Program-made: the position numbers and the translations under genes
Source of the DNA: Eledone cirrhosa
Lineage: Eukaryota
DNA length: 64,000 nt
Direction: 5' to 3'
Assembly (NCBI GenBank): GCA_964016885.1
Contig: OZ024743.1
Coordinates: forward strand, 299,088,001 to 299,152,000
Shown here: one piece after another, positions 57,380-64,000 of the stretch
How positions within the stretch are numbered: the stretch's first letter is position 1
Layout: each line of letters begins with the position of its first letter
The notes under the pieces: generated by a model
Databases searched by the model: none
Seen by the model: the letters and a program-made list of their open reading frames with translations, nothing else
What the model was told of the DNA's origin: nothing

Positions 57380-58302
57380 TTGTGTGTGTTTGCGTGTGTG
57401 TATGGGTGTGTATATATGTACATATGTTCGCATGAACTCATCGTTTATACGTATATACATTCGGGCAGACACATGCATACAAATATATATTATGTACTTG
57501 CATATATATGATTTTCTTTGTTTTCCGAGAATACGTAATATTTTATATATCACTGATATTTTTTCAAATATAAATCCCTTGATGTTTTTAGAATTATTCC
57601 TTCCTTATAGTAAACTTTCTTCTCTATTAGATCAAAATATATAAGCGGTATGAATAATTAATGTGATATTGTTATGTAAGAATCGATTGACTTTAAAAAA
57701 AATAGTATAAGATAATACTTTTAAGAGATTTGACAAACATGTCAGTAAACTTGATATTGGATTGTGTCGTAACACAATCCAATGATAGAGAAACCAAGTC
57801 AGACATAATCATAGCGGCTCTAGGGAAAGATAAATTGATGGTGTTCATCACTTTCCAAATCTATACAACACAAGAAAGCCATGAATTCTATATGGACTAG
57901 GAGCCTTCCAGTTTGGTACAGTGGCCACGATCCTCCACATCAACTGTGATGTCTCTTTATCTATTTCCTCCTCGCAATTTTGTCTTCTTGGTCTTCATCC
58001 ACTATTATGCATCAAAGGTTTTCCCTATATCCCATTCCAGAACTCCTTAGCCTGGTCAGCATTAGTAACAGCATACTTCACATTTCCTACATCAAAGTGC
58101 GGAAGAATTGTTTTGGATTATTGTAGAACATTCTTTTCTCTACGAGCAGTTTATTTCTATTCACATATCTTCTTATCTTCTGGCTTTTTGACAACATCAT
58201 CTGTTTTAACTGTTCCATTATTGTGTAGAAGCCTTTCTTCCGTAGTATATATGTCTTGTCCCTATTTAGCCATTACTTAATTGTACGGAAATCTTGGCAA
58301 AA

Positions 58303-58383
<81 letters not shown>

Positions 58384-58393
58384 TACATATGTA

Positions 58394-58434
<41 letters not shown>

Positions 58435-58439
<5 letters not shown>

Positions 58440-58745
58440 TTCAAGTTATCAATAATGTAGTGATAATATATCGTCACGTTAGAGATGAACAGCGTACGTG
58501 TAGGTTTGCTCAACGAGTATAAATTATATTCCGGAGAAAATGTAGAAAAGATGAATATAAAATGAAAGTGCTTTTATAAAGGAATTTATTAGGTATTGAC
58601 ATATGTTTCTGTAACAGACGGAATACCTATGTATCGCTGCTTGCGTAATCATATAATGTTAGCAAGTATTCGATAGCAAATGTATAATCAGTTGTCACTT
58701 CTTCAGAGATATTGGATAAATTGGAAAAAATTAGAAAAATTGAAG
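58435..58745 (-). mobile_element. AT-rich PLE 3' end with long-stem-II HHR (58594-58710)
   Basis: Minus strand: CTGAAGA-a GTGACA...TGTTAC a-GAAA-CATATG-TC-aata, with a weak stem I. The tail resembles 24533-24700. Confidence 0.6.
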
Positions 58746-58747
58746 TC

Positions 58748-61060
58748 CGTGCAGCGAAGTCCGTAGACTAGGTTGGAGGAGGTGCAGCGGAAGGCATGCG
58801 GGACAAAGAGAGAGTGGTTGTTGGGACCCTGGAAGGTGGTGGTGTTGGTGATGTGGGGACAGGTGTTGCAGCGGGGCCCAGAACAGGGAAAGGAACCGGG
58901 GGGGGGAGAGGATGGGTTGGGGGGTAGGTAGCTGTGGACGAGGAGGGTGCGGAGATTGCGTGCGCGTTTGAAGGAGAGGAGTGGTGGGGTTGGGAAGTTG
59001 TGGGAGGTGGATGGGTCGGACTGGAGGCGTCAGAAGAGGCGGCGGATGGTGCGGTGGAGGGGTAAGGTGGAGGGGTGGTAGGTGATGGGGAAGGGGAGAT
59101 GGTGGGTGGGTGTGCGGTGGCGTGGGGTGAGGGTGGTGGAGCGGAGGACAGCACGGGCGCGGATGAGAGCGGTGTGGACGAGAGAGGAGGGGTAACCTCT
59201 GCGGATGAAATGGCTGACTAGGGAAAGGGCCTGGGACTCGAAGTCAGCATCTCGGCTACAGAGGCGGCAGATCCTGAGGAGTTGGGAGTAGGGAATGGAG
59301 TGTTTAGTGTGGGTGGGGTGGGAAGAGGTGAAGTTGAGGTAAGAGTGGGAGTCGGTGGGTTTGAAGAAGGCGGAGGTGACGAGGGAGTGGTGGGAGGGGT
59401 CGAAGGCGACGGAGATGTCTAAGAAGTGGACGTGGGTGGTGGAGATAGAGGTGGTAAAGTGGAGGGAGGGGTGGAAGGAGCAGAAGAAGGAGAGAAAGGA
59501 GTCGAGCTGTTCTCGGGTGAGGGTCGTGGCTCCGATACAGTCGTCAATGTAACGACCGTACAGTTCGGGCGTGGGGCCGGTATACTGGCAAAGATTTGGG
59601 CCTCAACATGGCCAACAAAAAGGTTGGCATAGTTCGGGCCCATTCTTGTACCCATGGCTATCCCCGTGACCTGTTGGTAAAACTCACCCGAGAAGGAGAA
59701 ACAATTGAGGGTGAGGACCAGCTCGGCGAGGCGAAGGAGGGTGGGGTGGAGGGAATGGGGGAGGGGCGAAGGTCGAGGTAGTGTTTGATGGCGCGTAGGC
59801 CGTCGGCGTGGGGGATGACGGTATAGAGGGACTTGATGTCTAGGGTGAAGAGGAAGGGCTGTAGGCCGGGTGGGTAGGTGAAGGAGTCGAAAAGGCGCAG
59901 GGCGTGGTTGGTGTCGGAGATGTGTGGAGGGGAGGGTGGTGACAAGGGGGGCGAGGATGGAGTCGAGAAAGGCAGAGATGAGTTCGGTGGGGCAGTTGCA
60001 AGCGGAGACGATGGGGCGGCCGGGGTTGTCGGGTTTGTGGAGTTTGGGGAGGAAGTAGATGGTGGGGTTGCGGGGGGTGCGGACGATGAGGTGGGAAGCG
60101 GTGGGAGGGAGGAGGGAGGAGGCGACAAGGTCTTGGATGGTGGAGGAAACTTGTTGTTGGTAGAGGGGTGTGGGATCGGAGGGTAGAGAGCGGTAGAAGA
60201 GGAGGTTACAGAGCTGTCTGAGGGCTTCGGCCGTGTAGAGGTCCGCACGCCACACCACCACGGCGCCTCCCTTGTCCGCCGGTTTGATGACGATGTCATC
60301 TCGGCTACGGAGGGAGCGGTGAGCGAGGAGTTCGCCCCGTGAGATATTGTACCGTTTGGAACGGTGGCGGAAGTCGAAACGATTTACAGCGCTACGGCTG
60401 GCATCGACGGTGCTAAATTGCTCTGGGGCCGGCGTCCAAGAAGATGGTCGTCGGCCCAGGGCGAGAAACGGGTCTGGGGCGTCCGGAGCCGGTAGCGTTC
60501 GGCCGAAATGTGCCTGTAGCTTCGTGCGTCGCACGAATCGCTCGACTTCCATTCGGGTGCGGAACTCGTCGCTGTGCGGAGTGTGGGGTATGAAGCGAAG
60601 GCCTCTACTAAGGAGTGAGCGCTCAGGTGCGGAGAGGGTGAGGTCAGGGGGTATGGTGACAACAAGTTGGGGGAGGGAGGGTGTGGTGAGGGGTGAGGTG
60701 GAGGGTGGAGATAGGGTAGGGGTGTGGGTCGAGGGAGGGTGGGGAGTGGTGGGCGTATGGGGATGAGCGGGTGGTGGTGGATGGGGGTGGTTGGGAGGAG
60801 TGAGTGTAGCTTGCGGGCTTTGGTGGAGCTGAGGAAGGAGAAGAGGTTTGGTTGAGGTTTTGGATGAAGGAGAGGATGGATTGGGCGAGGAGGGGGTGGC
60901 AGGTAGAGTTAAGGCGGAGGCGGGTGGGGGTCAGTTGGTGGTCAAGTTGGCGGAGGGTGGAACGGGAGGCGCGGATGGAGTTGCGTATTAGGAGGCGTGA
61001 GGATCGGGTGAGGATACGTTGCGTGGAGGGGGAAGCGGCGGGGGAAGGGTGGAAGTGTAG
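58748..61060 (-). mobile_element. GC-rich Penelope-like element (Neptune-like), frameshifted, truncated in GIY-YIG
   Basis: DIVIKPADKGGAVVV, YFLPKLHK..PGRPIVS, FTLDIKSLYT, GIAMGTRMGPNYANLF, RYIDDC, FKPTDSHSYL..SSHP, CSGPRCNTC..FRCTSSNLVYGLRC. Confidence 0.9.
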
Positions 61061-61087
61061 TCATACATATATATATATACATATTTA

Positions 61088-61137
<50 letters not shown>

Positions 61138-61142
61138 TATAC

Positions 61143-61180
<38 letters not shown>

Positions 61181-61233
61181 TTATATACATATATATATAT
61201 ATACATATATATATATACATATATATGTACATA

Positions 61234-61346
<113 letters not shown>

Positions 61347-61369
61347 ATATATATACGCACATATGTAAA

Positions 61370-63392
61370 CACTATCACAAATATATGTGCAAAACACACC
61401 CCACCAAGACCTGTGAACAAAATGCTGAATCCCCAAATCACGAAAGCTATTATCAGAAAGATAATAATAACAAACAAAACGATTGACAAACTAATACTGC
61501 CAACAGCAACACACACATTCGACGGCTATCGCCCTGCTCAAATTAAAAAAAAATATAACCTCCAACAATGCATGAAGACCATCAACAATAACCGAAGAAC
61601 AGCCGAGGGGAAATGGGCCATTGAGAATATCAAACTCAAATCCAGTGTTCTTTTCATTTGCGAAAAAGCACAAGGTCACTGTATTCACTCTTGGCCATCT
61701 AATTGCTGAAACTGGCACTCTCCAAGATAATGTTAAAACCATGGGTGAGATACTGCAGAAAAAATACTGCTCTGTTTTCAGCAATCTTGATATGGCCGAT
61801 CTAGGCTGTATCAATGATGTTAAGCCCCAACACACTATATCGGACATAACGTTTGGCGCCCCTGATGTCTTAACGGCAATAAACGAAATTAAACACAATT
61901 CAGCAGCAGGCCTCGATCGGTTCCCTGCTTGTGTCATGAAGGTGTGTCGACACCAACTTGCATCTCCTCTTGCTAGTCCGTGTAGGAACTCACTGGATGC
62001 TGGCTATATTCCTGAAAACCTTCTGTCCCAGTTTTCACAAAGGGAGACAGGCCCCTTGCAGTGAACTACCGTCCGATCTCACTGAGCTCTCATATCATCA
62101 AGGTATTTGAGATGATGGTAAGATCACAAAAAACCTACTTTCTTGAAAGCAACAGACTGTTGAACTCCAACCAACATGGGTTCCGTAATGGAAGGGACTG
62201 CCTAACGCAGCTCCTGCATTACTTTGCTGACATTTTGAGATCTTTGGGAGACGGCTCCAAAACTGATGTCATTTACCTTGATTTCAGCAAGGCCTTTGAG
62301 AGGGTTGATCACAAGATTCTATTGAAATAATTATCCAACATTAGTGTCTCTGGAAAGTTACTGCAATGGATCAAGTGTTTCCTGATAGACAGAGCCCAAC
62401 ATGTTGTAGCCGAAGGAATAAAATCAATCCCACCCAAAGTCATCTACATTAATGACATTGCTGACATCATCAAGCAGAGAAACATAAGAATCTTTGCTGA
62501 TGATTCCAAGCTCCGGAAGGTCATCAATGTAGTGGGTGACCGGACATGCCTTCAGTCAGATCTACTGGCTGTTATCCAATGGGCAGAAAAGAACAATATG
62601 CTGCTGAACGAGGATAAATTTGAGTTAATCCACTTTATAAAAGAGGATGACCTTCAGGTGAAATTCTCGTGGCATCCAACATGAGAGACTTGGGAGTAAT
62701 TGTGGACAACAACGTAAGCTGGGCCACTTATATAAACAGCAATGTTGACATGGCCCGCAGAATGTATTCCTAGATTCTGAGAACTTTTTCTTCTCCAATT
62801 TTACCAGATCCCACCTTGAATACTGTTGTCCACTGTGGTCTACTCACATCAAACAAGGTATGAATGATGAAGCACCTCAAAGATCAATTACAAAAAGGAT
62901 AGATGGCATGAAAAGCCTTTTACTATTGGGGTGAACTAGAAAGGCTCAGACTTTATTCCCCCCAAAGACACCGTGAGCGCTATATCATCTGCATGATACG
63001 GAAAATATTCCATCAGCATTGCCCAAACGATGTTGGGATCAGCTTTAAGTTACACCCAAGGCATGGGCCCTGTGCTATCCGCCCACAACAAAAATCACAC
63101 TCGCGTCTCATAACAACATTATGACACAATTATTTCGCCTCTTTAACATTACACCAAAACACATTAAAATAGAAACAGACCCCATAAGGTTAAAGAAATC
63201 TTTGGACAAATTCCTTCAAGAAATCCCGGATAAACATCCTACACCTGGATATATTTCCGTAAACAATAACTCTCTACTTGACTGGACCATGGTGTCCAAA
63301 TTCTGATTTGAAAGGCGTCACCGGGTGGTGATATTAAGTTAGACATGGCTTGGGCCAACACTGGCTGAAACCTATCACCGTTATCAAAGTTA
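61370..63392 (+). mobile_element. CR1-group LINE (decayed ORF2 RT with deletions)
   Basis: SAAGLDRFP, NYRPISLSSHIIKVFE, NQHGFRNGRDCLTQLL, DVIYLDFSKAFERVDH, IRIFADDSKL, LEYCCPLW, RLFN..P..LDKFL..IPD. Confidence 0.85.
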
Positions 63393-63433
63393 TACACACA
63401 CACACACACACACACATACATATATATATAAAT

Positions 63434-63644
63434 ATAAGTAGGGTCGGAGTCACTGTCGCAGGATATATATAATTTTTTTTTGCCATATTACAATCGTTTT
63501 TTTGGCATACTACAATCGTTTCATTGGCATATTACAATCGTTTCATTGGAATATTACAATCGTTTTATTGTCATATTACAATCGTTTCATATGCTAATAA
63601 ATTTTATATATATATGCTGAAACAATGACTTCGATCTGACTTAT
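63434..63644. mobile_element. MITE-like element enclosing a 22-bp tandem array
   Basis: Imperfect ~37-bp TIRs (ataagtagggtcggagtcactgtcgcaggatatatat / atatatatgctgaaacaatgacttcgatctgacttat). Five units of tggcatattacaatcgtttcat at 63481-63590. Confidence 0.65.
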
Positions 63645-63828
63645 TTTTATCTATACTCTGTACATTACAGCTGTCTTAACTCTGGAATACAACCCAACAG
63701 GAGACCTAACTTGTAACAGCATCGACTGTTTAGGTCGGTGAACCCCCTGTATATATTTTTATACTCACCTAACACACTCACACAAACACAGACGTACACA
63801 CATACACACACATACATATATATATATA

Positions 63829-63940
63829 CACTGGCCTGTTGGAGATGCAGGATATGGCAGCGATAATGAGGGACAGAGACCGCTGGAGAGAACTCGTCCA
63901 TGGATCTCGGGAATTTTACCCGCCTTAGATACTTAGATGT
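63829..63940 (+). mobile_element. RTE-type LINE extreme 3' end
   Basis: TGLLEMQDMAAIMRDRDRWRELVHG..*, followed by a short tandem tail. Confidence 0.55.
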
Positions 63941-63947
63941 ATGTATG

Positions 63948-64000
<53 letters not shown>

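Noticed and set aside
58768-59154. Proline-rich 128-aa ORF and GC-rich antisense ORFs
   Set aside because: Alternative frames of the C-rich PLE coding strand.
63481-63590. CRISPR-like array
   Set aside because: Contiguous tandem units without unique spacers, no cas genes, eukaryotic context.

Overview
AT-rich, microsatellite-dense eukaryotic DNA with no host protein-coding gene that I can support. The SINE/LINE content and (TA)n/(CA)n density suggest an octopus or other mollusc, which is inference. The window is mostly retroelements. It holds Penelope-like elements (PLEs; RT plus GIY-YIG), including a decayed near-full-length copy (3.1-8.1 kb) and a GC-rich copy (58.7-61.1 kb). It also holds R4/Dong-type LINEs in (TAA)n tracts, RTE, Tx1/L1-like and CR1-group LINE fragments, tRNA-derived SINEs and small MITE-like elements. 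Many PLE ends form fold-back inverted repeats with arms up to about 1.45 kb. Reading by eye gives roughly 25 hammerhead ribozyme (HHR) cores in about a dozen families. These include U3-A8 and U4C core variants, very long stem II inserts and family-specific palindromic stem III sequences. The most notable object is a 627-bp ORF-less tandem/inverted element (12.3-13.2 kb, diverged copy at 32.0 kb). It carries a candidate non-circularly permuted, pseudoknotted hammerhead with compensatory substitutions in four helices. All structures were folded by eye and element boundaries are approximate.
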